In this document: positions 1 to 11,400 of the stretch, piece by piece | Layout: each line of letters opens with the position of its first letter | Position numbering within the stretch: the stretch's first letter is position 1 | Source: Gammaproteobacteria bacterium | Lineage (GTDB): Bacteria > Pseudomonadota > Gammaproteobacteria > JAJDYQ01 | DNA length: 64,000 bases | Reading direction: 5' to 3' | Assembly: GCA_963662865.1 (NCBI GenBank) | Contig: OY759969.1 | Coordinates: 1,707,638-1,771,637, forward strand | Notes under the pieces: generated by a model | Told to the model about the DNA's origin: nothing | What the model saw: the letters and a program-made list of their open reading frames with translations, nothing else | Databases searched by the model: none | Position numbers and translations under genes: made by a program

Positions 1-73
1 ATCATGACCGAACGACGATTGGCGACCGCGCCCATATGGTTGTATTTCTGGTCCATGTGTGAGTATCTGGCCA

Positions 74-826
74 TCAGTGGACATCTCGCCAGTATTCGCG
101 CTTCAGGGCATAGGAGATCATCAGTAGCACCAGTAGAAACGCCAGTACCCAGAATCCCAGACGATGGCGCTCCAGTTCCGCCGGTTCGGCCATGTAAACC
201 ATGAAGGTCACCAGGTCACGTATCGTCTGCTTGAATTCTTTTTCGGTCTGCTTGCCTGGTTCAACCAACTTCATATCGACAATAATTCGCTCCTGCTCGC
301 CTTTGGCGTTTGTGCGGGTTTCATAAACCGGTTCCTGCCAACCCTGCAATTCCCATAATATGTTGGGCATGGCCACGCCGGGGAATGTCACATTGTTGAC
401 GCCGACCGGGCTTTTGTCGTCCCTGTAGAATGTTGTGAAGTAGTTGTACAGCCATTCGCGGGTACGGGCGCGGGCGGTTACGGACAGGTCGGGGGGGGGC
501 ACGCCAAACCAGCGCCTGGCATCATCCGATTCAATCGCAACAGCCATGCCTTCGTGTATTTTGTCCGATGCAAACATTAGATTTTTCTTCATAATATCTT
601 CGCTTATGCCCAGGTCATCCGCAATGCGCTTGTAGCGCATGTATTCAGCCGAATGACAGGTCAAACAGTAGTTGATAAAAATACGTGCACCTCGCTGAAT
701 GGCTGCCTTGTCGGTCTCGTTGATATGCGGTGCGGTATACAGCAGTCTGGCGCCGCCAGCAAACAGCACTCCCGGAGCGAGCAGCAATATGGTCAGAGCA
801 ACTTTTCTGGTCACTTTGGTATCCAT
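74..826 (-). CDS. petC: ubiquinol-cytochrome c reductase, cytochrome c1 subunit
   Basis: 250-aa ORF with one CxxCH haem motif (CLTCHS), an N-terminal signal-like segment and a C-terminal TM anchor. Its ATG shares one base with the cytochrome b stop (TAATG). Classic petA-petB-petC order. Confidence 0.85.
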   Translation of the reverse strand: MDTKVTRKVALTILLLAPGVLFAGGARLLYTAPHINETDKAAIQRGARIFINYCLTCHSAEYMRYKRIADDLGISEDIMKKNLMFASDKIHEGMAVAIESDDARRWFGVPPPDLSVTARARTREWLYNYFTTFYRDDKSPVGVNNVTFPGVAMPNILWELQGWQEPVYETRTNAKGEQERIIVDMKLVEPGKQTEKEFKQTIRDLVTFMVYMAEPAELERHRLGFWVLAFLLVLLMISYALKREYWRDVH

Positions 827-2121
827 TATCCGGTCACCCTTTCAGGCACGGGGCGGTCTTCATCCTTGTCCATTTTTGTGTACCACGGCATCAGCAGGAA
901 GAATGCAAAATATATGACGGTAAAAATCTGCGCCCAGACTGTGTTGCTGAACAGGAACAGGTCCGTTTCCGTCGGAGATTTCACTCCCAGATAGCCCAGC
1001 ACCACAAATGCCAGCGCAAATGAGTACAGCGCATAGCGGAAGTATGGCCCACGGTAGCGTATTGACCTTACAGGGCTGCGGTCCAGCCAGGGGAGGAAGA
1101 AGAATAATATCTGCGAAGTCCCCATTGCCAGCACGCCCCAGAGCTTGGCGTCAACGCCCAGAAACGGGTAGGTGAACGCACGTAAAATGGAGTAGAACGG
1201 CGTGAAGTACCACAGTGGCGCAATGTGCTCAGGGGTCCTCAGCGGGTCGGCCGGCACAAAGTTGTTGTGCTCCAGAAACCAGCCTCCCATCTCTGGCGCA
1301 TAAAACACTACCGAGAAAAACAGGATAAGGAAGACGAGCACGCCCACGATGTCCTTGACGGTGTAGTAGGGGTGGAAGGGTATGCCATCCAGCGGAATAC
1401 CTTTCTCGTCCTTGTACTTTTTAATATCAATGCCGTCAGGGTTGTTGGAACCGACTTCGTGCAGGGCGATAATGTGTGCGGCAACCAGAGCCAGCAGCAC
1501 CAAAGGTACGGCTATCACGTGATAGGCAAAGAAGCGGTTCAACGTTGCATCGGAAATCGTAAAGTCGCCGCGTATCCATTCCGCCAGCGGTGCGCCGATG
1601 CCGAATGGCATGGCCTCAAACAGCGATACAATGACCTGGGCACCCCAGAAGGACATTTGCCCCCAAGGCAGCAGATAGCCCAGGAAGGCTTCGGCCATCA
1701 GGGTCATATAGATGAGCATGCCCAGAATCCATAGCAGTTCACGCGGCTGTTTGTAGGAGCCGTACATCAGGCCACGGAACATGTGCAGGTAAACCACGAT
1801 GAAGAAGGCGGAGGCGCCGGTGGAGTGCATGTAGCGAATCAGCCAGCCATAGTTTACGTCGCGCATAATGAATTCAACGGAGGCAAACGCTTCGGCCGCC
1901 GATGGTTTGTAGTTCATCGTCAGGAAAATACCAGTCACGATCTGAATGACCAGCACCACCAGTGCGAGGGAACCAAAAAAGTACCAGAAGTTGAAGTTCT
2001 TCGGCGCATAGTATTGCGCCAGATGCTCGTTCCACATTCTGGTCACCGGGTAACGCTTGTCTATCCAGGCCAGCAACGACGCGGGAATGGCGGTCATTTT
2101 ATTCAGTACGGTTTCAAGCAC
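826..2121 (-). CDS. petB: ubiquinol-cytochrome c reductase, cytochrome b subunit
   Basis: 431-aa polytopic ORF with cytochrome b blocks (RYMHSTGASAFF, WGAQVIVSLF, PLWYFTPFYSILR). Lies between the Rieske and c1 genes with 1-nt overlaps. Confidence 0.9.
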   Translation of the reverse strand: MLETVLNKMTAIPASLLAWIDKRYPVTRMWNEHLAQYYAPKNFNFWYFFGSLALVVLVIQIVTGIFLTMNYKPSAAEAFASVEFIMRDVNYGWLIRYMHSTGASAFFIVVYLHMFRGLMYGSYKQPRELLWILGMLIYMTLMAEAFLGYLLPWGQMSFWGAQVIVSLFEAMPFGIGAPLAEWIRGDFTISDATLNRFFAYHVIAVPLVLLALVAAHIIALHEVGSNNPDGIDIKKYKDEKGIPLDGIPFHPYYTVKDIVGVLVFLILFFSVVFYAPEMGGWFLEHNNFVPADPLRTPEHIAPLWYFTPFYSILRAFTYPFLGVDAKLWGVLAMGTSQILFFFLPWLDRSPVRSIRYRGPYFRYALYSFALAFVVLGYLGVKSPTETDLFLFSNTVWAQIFTVIYFAFFLLMPWYTKMDKDEDRPVPERVTG

Positions 2122-2714
2122 TATGATTTCTCCGGATCGACACCCACCTCAATCAGGGTATCGCTGAGATAACGGTAGGGTGGGATTTCCATGTTCGCAG
2201 GGGCCGGTACGCTTTTGTACACGCGGCCGGCAAGGTCAAAGCGGGAGCCATGGCAGGGGCAGTAAAAGCCTCCTTTCCATTCCGACCCCAGGTCTTCCGG
2301 GGACACTTCAGGGCGGTAGGTTGGCGCACAGCCAAGATGTGTGCAAAGACCGATCATTACCAGATATTCGTCCTTGATGGAGCGATAGGCATTTTTGGCA
2401 TATGCCGGTTGTTGCCGGCGCTCGGAATCGGGGTCGAGCAGATTGTCTTCAAGGGCCGTAAGGTCTGCAAGGTTCTGTCTGGTACGACGCACTATCATAA
2501 CCAGTTTGCCGCGCCATTCATCACGATGCAGCGCTCCGGGTTCGATTTTACTGATGTCAATCTGCACAGGTGCCCCTAATGCCTTGGCTTTCTGGCTGGG
2601 GAGCAGTGAACCAACAAATGGAACAGCAGCAAACGCGGTCCCAATCCCACCGACGACTGCGGTTGTTGCTGTCAAAAAACGCCGCCTGCGTAAACTTACG
2701 TCGTCATCGCTCAT
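2121..2714 (-). CDS. petA: ubiquinol-cytochrome c reductase, Rieske 2Fe-2S subunit
   Basis: Rieske boxes CTHLGC and CPCHGS, and a Tat-type RRRRFL signal. I moved the start to the ATG at 2714 (MSDDDVSLRRRRFL) rather than the ORF-track start at 2756. Confidence 0.9.
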   Translation of the reverse strand: MSDDDVSLRRRRFLTATTAVVGGIGTAFAAVPFVGSLLPSQKAKALGAPVQIDISKIEPGALHRDEWRGKLVMIVRRTRQNLADLTALEDNLLDPDSERRQQPAYAKNAYRSIKDEYLVMIGLCTHLGCAPTYRPEVSPEDLGSEWKGGFYCPCHGSRFDLAGRVYKSVPAPANMEIPPYRYLSDTLIEVGVDPEKS

Positions 2715-2897
2715 GCCTATCTCCGAAATCCGAACATCCTGTTTGAGTCTCCGCAACCGGCCTCCATGGCCGAACCGTGTCGAGGTCTGCGACTATAGCA
2801 AACCATCCTGTGTTTGTATATCCGAAACTTCGGATCATCGGTCATCATTCCGAAAGCGCACGGCTTGTCTTTTTTTCAGTACAATAGGTAAAAAACC

Positions 2898-4085
2898 ATG
2901 CGGGGTCTTATGAAGAAGATCGCACAATTTGCTTTACAGTGGGTGGTCGTTGGACTGGCTGTCGCTTTCATCGTCCTTTATTTTATTCCGGAGTTTGGCA
3001 CACAAACCAGGGTTGTGGAGTTTCGTGAGGCGCCCGGGAGACCGGGTGAGGCCACAAATGTCCATCTATCTGTTGACCGGCTGAAAAGCGGATTCAGTGA
3101 TACTGTCCGGAGCGCCGCCCCGGCGGTGGTCTATATCCATACCGCCCGCGTTGTCACGCAGCAAGCCCACTCTTTTGTACAGGACCAGGTATTTCAGGGG
3201 TTCTTTGGCAATGATACCGGTCAGCCCCGGCAGCAGCTTGAAACGGGGCTGGGTTCCGGGGTCATCGTCAGCCCGCAGGGTTATGTTCTGACAAATTATC
3301 ACGTCATCGCCGAAGCCGATGAAATCCGGGTGCAACTGAATGACGGTCGGAATGTTATTGCACGTGTTATCGGTACCGATCCTGAAACCGATCTGGCCGT
3401 CCTGCAGATTGATCTGGATCGGTTACCTGTTATTGAGTTAGGTCAATCGGATGAACTTGAGGTCGGCGATCTGGTTCTGGCCATTGGCAACCCGTTTGGC
3501 GTTGGTCAGACGGTAACCATGGGCATTGTCAGCGCCACCGGTCGTGATGAGCTGGGTGTCACCACGTTTGAAAACTTCATCCAGACGGATGCCGCCATTA
3601 ATCCCGGCAATTCAGGTGGCGCCCTGGTAAATCCTGATGGGCAGTTGGTCGGGATCAACACCGCTGTATTCAGTAATATGAGTCTGGATTATCCCAGCGC
3701 ACAGGGCATTGGCTTTGCCATTCCTGCCTCACTGGCCCGGGACATCATGCGGCAGATTATTACCCGGGGCTATGTCACGCGTGGATGGCTTGGCATCGAG
3801 GTGCAGGATGTACGCCCGCACCTTGCTTACGCGCTTGAACTCGGCAAAGGGGCCGGGGCACTGATCCGCCGCGTCCAGGAGGGAGGGCCCGCAGAGAAGG
3901 CCGGTATCAAAAGCGGTGATGTCATACTGGCGATTGACGGCGTGGAGATCCGGGGCGCCAGACACGCTCTGGACAGGATCGTGAATACGCAACCCAATCA
4001 GAGCACCCAGATCAAGATATTGCGGAGGGGGATGACATTCAGCCTGGCGGTCTTACCTGCTCTGCGAAAAGTGCTTGCTCCATAG
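2898..4085 (+). CDS. HtrA/DegS-family periplasmic serine endoprotease (one PDZ domain)
   Basis: N-terminal TM anchor, S1C catalytic blocks (TNYHV, D..AVL, GNSGGAL) and a single C-terminal PDZ-like region (GIKSGDVILAIDG). An alternative ATG lies at 2910. Confidence 0.8.
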   Translation: MRGLMKKIAQFALQWVVVGLAVAFIVLYFIPEFGTQTRVVEFREAPGRPGEATNVHLSVDRLKSGFSDTVRSAAPAVVYIHTARVVTQQAHSFVQDQVFQGFFGNDTGQPRQQLETGLGSGVIVSPQGYVLTNYHVIAEADEIRVQLNDGRNVIARVIGTDPETDLAVLQIDLDRLPVIELGQSDELEVGDLVLAIGNPFGVGQTVTMGIVSATGRDELGVTTFENFIQTDAAINPGNSGGALVNPDGQLVGINTAVFSNMSLDYPSAQGIGFAIPASLARDIMRQIITRGYVTRGWLGIEVQDVRPHLAYALELGKGAGALIRRVQEGGPAEKAGIKSGDVILAIDGVEIRGARHALDRIVNTQPNQSTQIKILRRGMTFSLAVLPALRKVLAP

Positions 4086-4243
4086 GCCATTTTTCGGCCC
4101 GGTTTAGTCAGGGCTTCCTTAATCGGCAGTGGCGGCTTTCAGGGGGCACCGGAAAGTAAACCGGGCGGTTCCCACAGGCGGGACGAATCCATTTTTTGAG
4201 CAGGTTCAGACAATACCAGCCTGGTGTGTTATGTAAGGAGAGG

Positions 4244-5536
4244 TCATTCCTTCAGGCGCATTTCGGCAGCTCGCGCATGTGCCGTAAGCCCTTCACTATG
4301 GGCCAGCGTACTGGCAATACCGGCCAGTTGCCTTGCCCCATCGGGCGAACAGTGGATAATGCTGGAGCGCTTCTGGAAATCATAAACGCCCAGAGGCGAT
4401 GAAAAACGCGCCGTACCGGAAGTCGGCAGGACATGATTTGGTCCGGCGCAGTAATCGCCCAGTACTTCGGTACTGAATGCGCCCATGAAAATGGCGCCGG
4501 CGTTCCTGATCTTCGGTAGTAATGCCTGGGGATCGGTAACCGATAGCTCCAGATGTTCGGCAGCGATTTTATTGGTCACGGCAATGGCATCTTCCATATC
4601 TACGGCCAGAATCAGTACCCCGCGATTCTCAAGAGACTGACGGATGATGTCCCTGCGCGGCATGTCCGGCAGCAGCCTTTCAATGCTGGTTTCAACCTGT
4701 TGCAGATAATCCGGGTCCGTGCACACCAGGATTGATTGCGCCAGGACGTCGTGCTCGGCCTGTGAAAACAGATCCATTGCCACCCAGTCCGGATTGGTTG
4801 TTCCGTCACAAACCACCAGGATTTCCGAAGGCCCTGCGATCATGTCGATCCCGACCTGTCCAAAGACCTGGCGCTTGGCAAGCGCCACGAAGATGTTGCC
4901 CGGCCCCACAATCTTATCAACCGGGGCGATAGTCTCTGTCCCATAGGCCAGCGCGGCAATTGCCTGCGCCCCGCCGATGCGGTAAATCTCATTCACACCC
5001 GCAATTCCGGCCGCCGCAAGTACCGTGTCGTTAATGATCCCATCAGGGGTCGGCACCATCATGACGATACGTTCAACGCCCGCTACGTGTGCCGGTATCA
5101 CGTTCATCAGGACCGATGACGGGTAGGCTGCGGTACCTCCGGGCACATATACACCCACGCTGTCGAGTGGCGTTACCTGTTGCCCCAGGATCGTGCCATC
5201 TTCTTCTTCGTACCGCCATGAATCTGCCTTTTGGTGTTCCGCATAGGTGCGAATCCGCCCGGCGGCCCGTCCAAGTGCGCCGAGTATCTGCGGAGAGGTA
5301 TTTTGCATGGCCCGGGCACGTTGTTTCGGCGTAACGGCCAGTTCCGTAACTGTTGAGACGTTCAGGCGATCAAGTCTGTTAGTCAGGTCAATAACCGCCT
5401 GGTCTCCGGAGGTTCTGACCTGCCGGATGATGTCATCAACAATACGCCTGTGCTTCCGGTCATCTTTGCCGTCTCGCAGGAGCCGGTCCAGATCAGCGGT
5501 AAAATCTGTATCGGATGTACTGAGTCTTTTCATCAT
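4244..5536 (-). CDS. hisD: histidinol dehydrogenase
   Basis: 430-aa ORF with typical HisD blocks ([26 protein letters not shown]). Directly downstream of hisG. Confidence 0.9.
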   Translation of the reverse strand: MMKRLSTSDTDFTADLDRLLRDGKDDRKHRRIVDDIIRQVRTSGDQAVIDLTNRLDRLNVSTVTELAVTPKQRARAMQNTSPQILGALGRAAGRIRTYAEHQKADSWRYEEEDGTILGQQVTPLDSVGVYVPGGTAAYPSSVLMNVIPAHVAGVERIVMMVPTPDGIINDTVLAAAGIAGVNEIYRIGGAQAIAALAYGTETIAPVDKIVGPGNIFVALAKRQVFGQVGIDMIAGPSEILVVCDGTTNPDWVAMDLFSQAEHDVLAQSILVCTDPDYLQQVETSIERLLPDMPRRDIIRQSLENRGVLILAVDMEDAIAVTNKIAAEHLELSVTDPQALLPKIRNAGAIFMGAFSTEVLGDYCAGPNHVLPTSGTARFSSPLGVYDFQKRSSIIHCSPDGARQLAGIASTLAHSEGLTAHARAAEMRLKE

Positions 5537-5546
5537 GGGGATGATA

Positions 5547-6197
5547 TCAGGCGATTTTATCCGGCACAGCGACAGAAATTTTCTCCATGACCGACTTGAT
5601 CAGCCCAGCTTTCATTTTCATGGCGGCCCGATTGACAATCAGTCGGGAACTGATGTCCATGATATGGTCGCGCACCACCAGGCCATTCGCTTTCAGGGTA
5701 TTGCCGCTTTCCATAACATCGACAATGGCATCGGCCAGTCCGACAAGCGGTGCCAGTTCCATTGAGCCATAGAGCTTGACTACTTCTATCTGTCGCCCGC
5801 GTGCGGCACACCAGTCGCGTGTCGTTTTTACGTATTTTGTGGCTATCTTCAGGCGAGACTTCTCAAGTTCGGCTTCCGGCCTGCTCGCCAGTATCAATCG
5901 GCATCGGGCAATTTGCAGATCCACCACTTCATATAGATTGGAAACATCGTTTTCGATCAGGACATCTTTACCGGCGAAGCCCATGTCCGCAGCACCATAA
6001 GAAACAAACGTCGGCACGTCAGCCGCCCGGATGACGAGGATTTGTATCTCCGGATGGCAGGTTGCCAGTATCAGCCTGCGACTGTCTCCAGGTGCCTCAA
6101 GAAGTTCTATACCCGCCGCCGCCAGTAACGACAGGCTGTCCTTCAAAATGCGTCCCTTGGATAACGCGATGGTTAATTTTCTGGATTCGACAGACAT
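5547..6197 (-). CDS. hisG: ATP phosphoribosyltransferase (short form)
   Basis: 216-aa ORF with [25 protein letters not shown] and [11 protein letters not shown] blocks. murA-hisG-hisD synteny. Confidence 0.85.
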   Translation of the reverse strand: MSVESRKLTIALSKGRILKDSLSLLAAAGIELLEAPGDSRRLILATCHPEIQILVIRAADVPTFVSYGAADMGFAGKDVLIENDVSNLYEVVDLQIARCRLILASRPEAELEKSRLKIATKYVKTTRDWCAARGRQIEVVKLYGSMELAPLVGLADAIVDVMESGNTLKANGLVVRDHIMDISSRLIVNRAAMKMKAGLIKSVMEKISVAVPDKIA

Positions 6198-6239
6198 AGA
6201 GGCGCAAGTTTACATGAGCATTCCGGGATATAAATGACA

Positions 6240-7508
<1,269 letters not shown>

Positions 7509-7605
7509 TCATTACCTGTATGTGAAAGCGGCTTTGAATACGGCGGCCCAAAACAGCACCCGCCGGGATGAAGGTATGGCTTAAAATCCTGACCCGGAAT
7601 TATAG

Positions 7606-8220
7606 TCACTTGCTATGAGACGATAAGCTGGAAAGCAGGCCTTCGATACCGCCCTCGCGTATCTGGCTGGCAAAACTCGCTCGATAGTTCATCACCAGAC
7701 TGATACCGCCTATGGCAACGTCATAAATGTGCCATGTTTCATCCTGCCTGAACATGCGATAGGCGACTGATATTGGCTGCCCGCCCTGCTGACGTATTTC
7801 TGTTGGTACGATAACCACGTCAGGATTCGAGGAGGTAATAGTCGGGAGATAAACGATTTCTTTGTCATTAGAGGCATATTCGGACAAGGCTGACGCATAG
7901 GTGTTAATCAGCAATCGCTTGAATCCGAACTGAAACCGGGTTTTCTGATCGCCCGTAGCGTCCTTCCAGGAATTACCCAGTATAAGGTGCGACATTCGGT
8001 CAAAATCAAAATAGGGGAGCACTCGGGCTTCCACTAATGAATAGGTTTCTTCCGAGATATCGGTACCGACCGAGGCTTCCTCGTCCAATACGACCATAAC
8101 GTCACTGATGGCCTTTTCAATAACCTGTTGCGCATCCATGGCCATAGCCGGGACAGATTGAACGATCAGCAGCAACAATAATAAAAACCCCCTGATGAGG
8201 CGTACTCCGGCTAGAAACAT
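7606..8220 (-). CDS. MlaC/Ttg2D-family periplasmic lipid-binding protein (orphan)
   Basis: Signal peptide followed by the MlaC-family block LPYFDFDRMSHLILGNSW...FKRLLINTYASAL. I chose the ATG at 8220, which follows GGAG-N7. The position upstream of murA matches the mla-murA synteny of gammaproteobacteria, but mlaFED, mlaB and ibaG are not adjacent here. Confidence 0.65.
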   Translation of the reverse strand: MFLAGVRLIRGFLLLLLLIVQSVPAMAMDAQQVIEKAISDVMVVLDEEASVGTDISEETYSLVEARVLPYFDFDRMSHLILGNSWKDATGDQKTRFQFGFKRLLINTYASALSEYASNDKEIVYLPTITSSNPDVVIVPTEIRQQGGQPISVAYRMFRQDETWHIYDVAIGGISLVMNYRASFASQIREGGIEGLLSSLSSHSK

Positions 8221-8354
8221 AAAATACTCCAAATAAATAAAGTTCAGGCTACCCGCGCCTGCACGAAGCAGGTTCAGCATAGGGCATGACTTGTTAATTT
8301 ATCATAAATGGAGATTTGTACTAAACGGTTTGTCCAGGTCCAGTACCTGTGAGA

Positions 8355-8381
8355 CAACATCAAGCCACCTGCTTGATGTTG
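8355..8381 (-). other. conserved 11-bp-stem hairpin in the 3' flank of autotransporter paralog 1
   Basis: The stem is CAACATCAAGC / GCTTGATGTTG with a 5-nt loop, about 80 nt downstream of the stop. The same stem occurs at 40525-40551 downstream of paralog 2. There is no clear U-tract. Confidence 0.4.
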
Positions 8382-8462
8382 CAGGGTGTTAGCCGGAAAC
8401 ACCTTCAGCCGACCTCTCGGATAGAAACACAAGGGTGGCTGGTATTGCGGCCATGCCGAGCG

Positions 8463-11400
8463 CTACCAGCGCAGCTTCCACTGTGCGCCGATGCCGTGGT
8501 TGGTTTTGCCTTCGTCGTCCCGGCGGCGCAGTGCCTTGATGTCCAGCTCCGTGTCCGGGCCGCCCGGTGCCGACAGCAGGCGCCAGCCCAGGGTCAGGTC
8601 GTGCCCGGCATCGGACGACGACAGGCCCGCATACGGGATGCCGGTGGCGCCGTCATCCAGGGCCAGGCCCCACTCGCCCTGCAGGCTCCAGCGACCGGAG
8701 GCCGGGCCGGGCTGCGATGAATCTTCCTCCAACGCGTCCGACAACAGCCGCTCCAGGCCACCCGAGGCCGGGGCGGTGCCGTATTCCTGACGTAGACTCA
8801 GCGATGGGCCATGGGCGGAACCCGGTCGCAGGTCGTAGCGCAGCGAACCGGACACGCCCCACTCACGCCGCTTGGCGGCCTCATGATCCAGCAGACGCCG
8901 GCCACGCAGGTCAATCGTTAATCCTTTGGAAGGCAACTGCCAACTGATACCGCCGCCCAGTTCCACGCCCAGGCCGTCGCTGGTATCGCCGCCGTCATAG
9001 CGCATCCCCAACTCCAGTTCCGGAATCAACCGGCCACCGTCCGCCTGCGGCAACTGCCAGGACCACTCCAGACCCATTCGGAAACGCTCCGTGTCCGCCG
9101 ACATACCCGATACACCGTCGGCATCGTCCGACTCAATACGCGCCAATGCCGCATCCGAGATCAGCGTCAGCGTCAGGCCGCCCTCTTCTAGCGGGCGCTC
9201 CAGCAGCGTGCCGCGTACACCGACCGAGGCCGAGGTCTGCTCGATGTCATGCTTCGTACTCATCGTGGCCGAAGTCTGCTCCAGGGTCTGCTCCAGTTCG
9301 CCACGGCCATAACTCGCCGCTGCCCATAACTGCAATCTCTCGGTGACGTTATGCCGGATATACGGCAGCAGCGAGGTCAGTCGGCTCGACAACTCGCCCT
9401 GTTCCGCAGCACCGCTCCAGTCGCCATCGCCGTCGCTGTACGACAGCGCCAGTCCGAGCAGCGTGCGGCCATTGTCGCGATCCACGCCCAGCATGCCGGT
9501 GGTCACATCGCCATCCACCGCGATGCCGTCCTGGCCATCCTCGTAGCGCGAGTACGACGCCTGACCCCACACCGAAACACCGTTCTCCCCGCCGCGGTGC
9601 ACAAAGCGGCTGCCGCGCAGCATATCGCGCAGCGACAGCGAACGTGACAGATTCAACATGCGGTCAATCGAACCGGCGCCCAGGTCATCACCGCCGCCAC
9701 CCTGAACGAAGCCGTCCGTTCCCAAATCCGTGCCGGTTTCATGCCGTGCACGACCAAGGGACAGGCCGCTCACATTGCCCGATAGCCCCGCTTGATCGGC
9801 CACCGAAAAGCGGTAATCCAGGCCGTCCAGCAGATGTTCTACCGCCGTCAGGCCGAAGTGCGGCAGCCAGGCCTCCTGCGCCGCCTGCATCTCCTGCATC
9901 GCCTCCGTACCGACCGGTGCCGCGTCGTCGTCGGTCACCGTGACCGTGACCGCCGCCGGGCTCAGGCCGCCTACCGGATAGTCGCCGCTGTCGCCGTTGC
10001 TGATGCGATGGCTGAGCGTCGCTGTGCGTCCACCGCCGGGGTTGTCTACGTTGTCGTCAATGCCGGTGACCGTCACCGTCTGTGCCGTGCCCCAGTTGGC
10101 TGTCGTGAACGTCAGGGTGGTCGGGCTTGCCGTGGCCGCAGCGGGCAGATCGGAGGTCACCATCAGCTCGACATCGCCGCCCGGTTGTGCGTTCAGCACC
10201 ATCGTGTAGGTGTCCATGCCTCTGGCCTCGGCGACCGTGATCCGGGTCTCGCTCAGGGTCACGCCTGCCGTCATGACGGGGGTATCGTCGTCGGTCACCG
10301 TGACCGTGACAGCCGCCGGGCTCAGGCCGCCTACCGGATAGTCGCCGCTGTCGCCGTTGCTGATGCGATGGCTGAGCATCGCTGTGCGTCCACCGCTGGA
10401 ATTGACAACGTTGTCGTTGACGCCGGTCACCGTCACCATCTGCGCCGTATTCCAGTTGACCGTCGTGAACGTCAGAGTCATCGGGGTCACGGTGGCGGCA
10501 CTTGTCGTATCGGAGGTCACCATGATCTCGACGTTGTCGGACGGTTGGGTGGCCAGCACCACCGTGTAGGTGTCCGTGCCGTTAGCCTCGGCGACCGTGA
10601 TTCGAGGCTCGCTGATGGGGATGCCCGCCATATCGTTGTCGGTGACGGTCACCGTCACAGCGCCTGTTATCGAACCATCATACTCTGTTGTGCCTGAGGC
10701 TGTATGTGTCAGGCTCACGGTGTCGTCCGTCGCATCGGCGTCGGCGTCCGCCGTCACCGTGAAGGTCTGTATCATATTCCAGTTGGTCGCCGTGAACTCC
10801 AGGCTGTCCGGATTCAGCGTCAGGTCGGTGCCGGAGTGACCGGTGACCGCCACGGTGACATTGCCCGTCGGGGTGGTGGCCAGGGACACCGGGTAGCCGA
10901 CACTGGCGCCTTCGGTGACCGCCAGGGTCGGTGGCAGTACGATGGCCGGTTGTTCCATGATCGTGAAGGCCAGGCTGCCCGTGCTACGGGTGCCGCCGTC
11001 CAGGCCGGTAGCGACCAGGGTGCCCAGGCCGATGGTGATGGTCTCGCCGGAGTCGGCGGTGTTGTCGGTCTGTACGGCCAGGGTCAGGGTGGCGGTGGCC
11101 GGGGCCGGGCCGGTAAATGTCACCGTGCCGGCGGTGCCGCTGTCCGGGATGGTGTAGGCGATGCCGTCCGCCGGGGTGCCGGTCACGGTGTAGTCCGTGC
11201 CTCGCGTTGCGGTGCCGCCCAGGGTCAGTGGCACGGCCAGGCTTTCGCCGGCGACCAGCGGGCGGTTCAGGGTGACGGTGAGGTTGCGGGTGGTGGCTTC
11301 GCTGAGATTGCCCATCGTGCCCGCCAGGGTCACTGTGGTGGCGTCGTCGTCGCTGACCTGCACCATGGCTGAGGACGGTATCCCGACGGTGTAACCGGTG

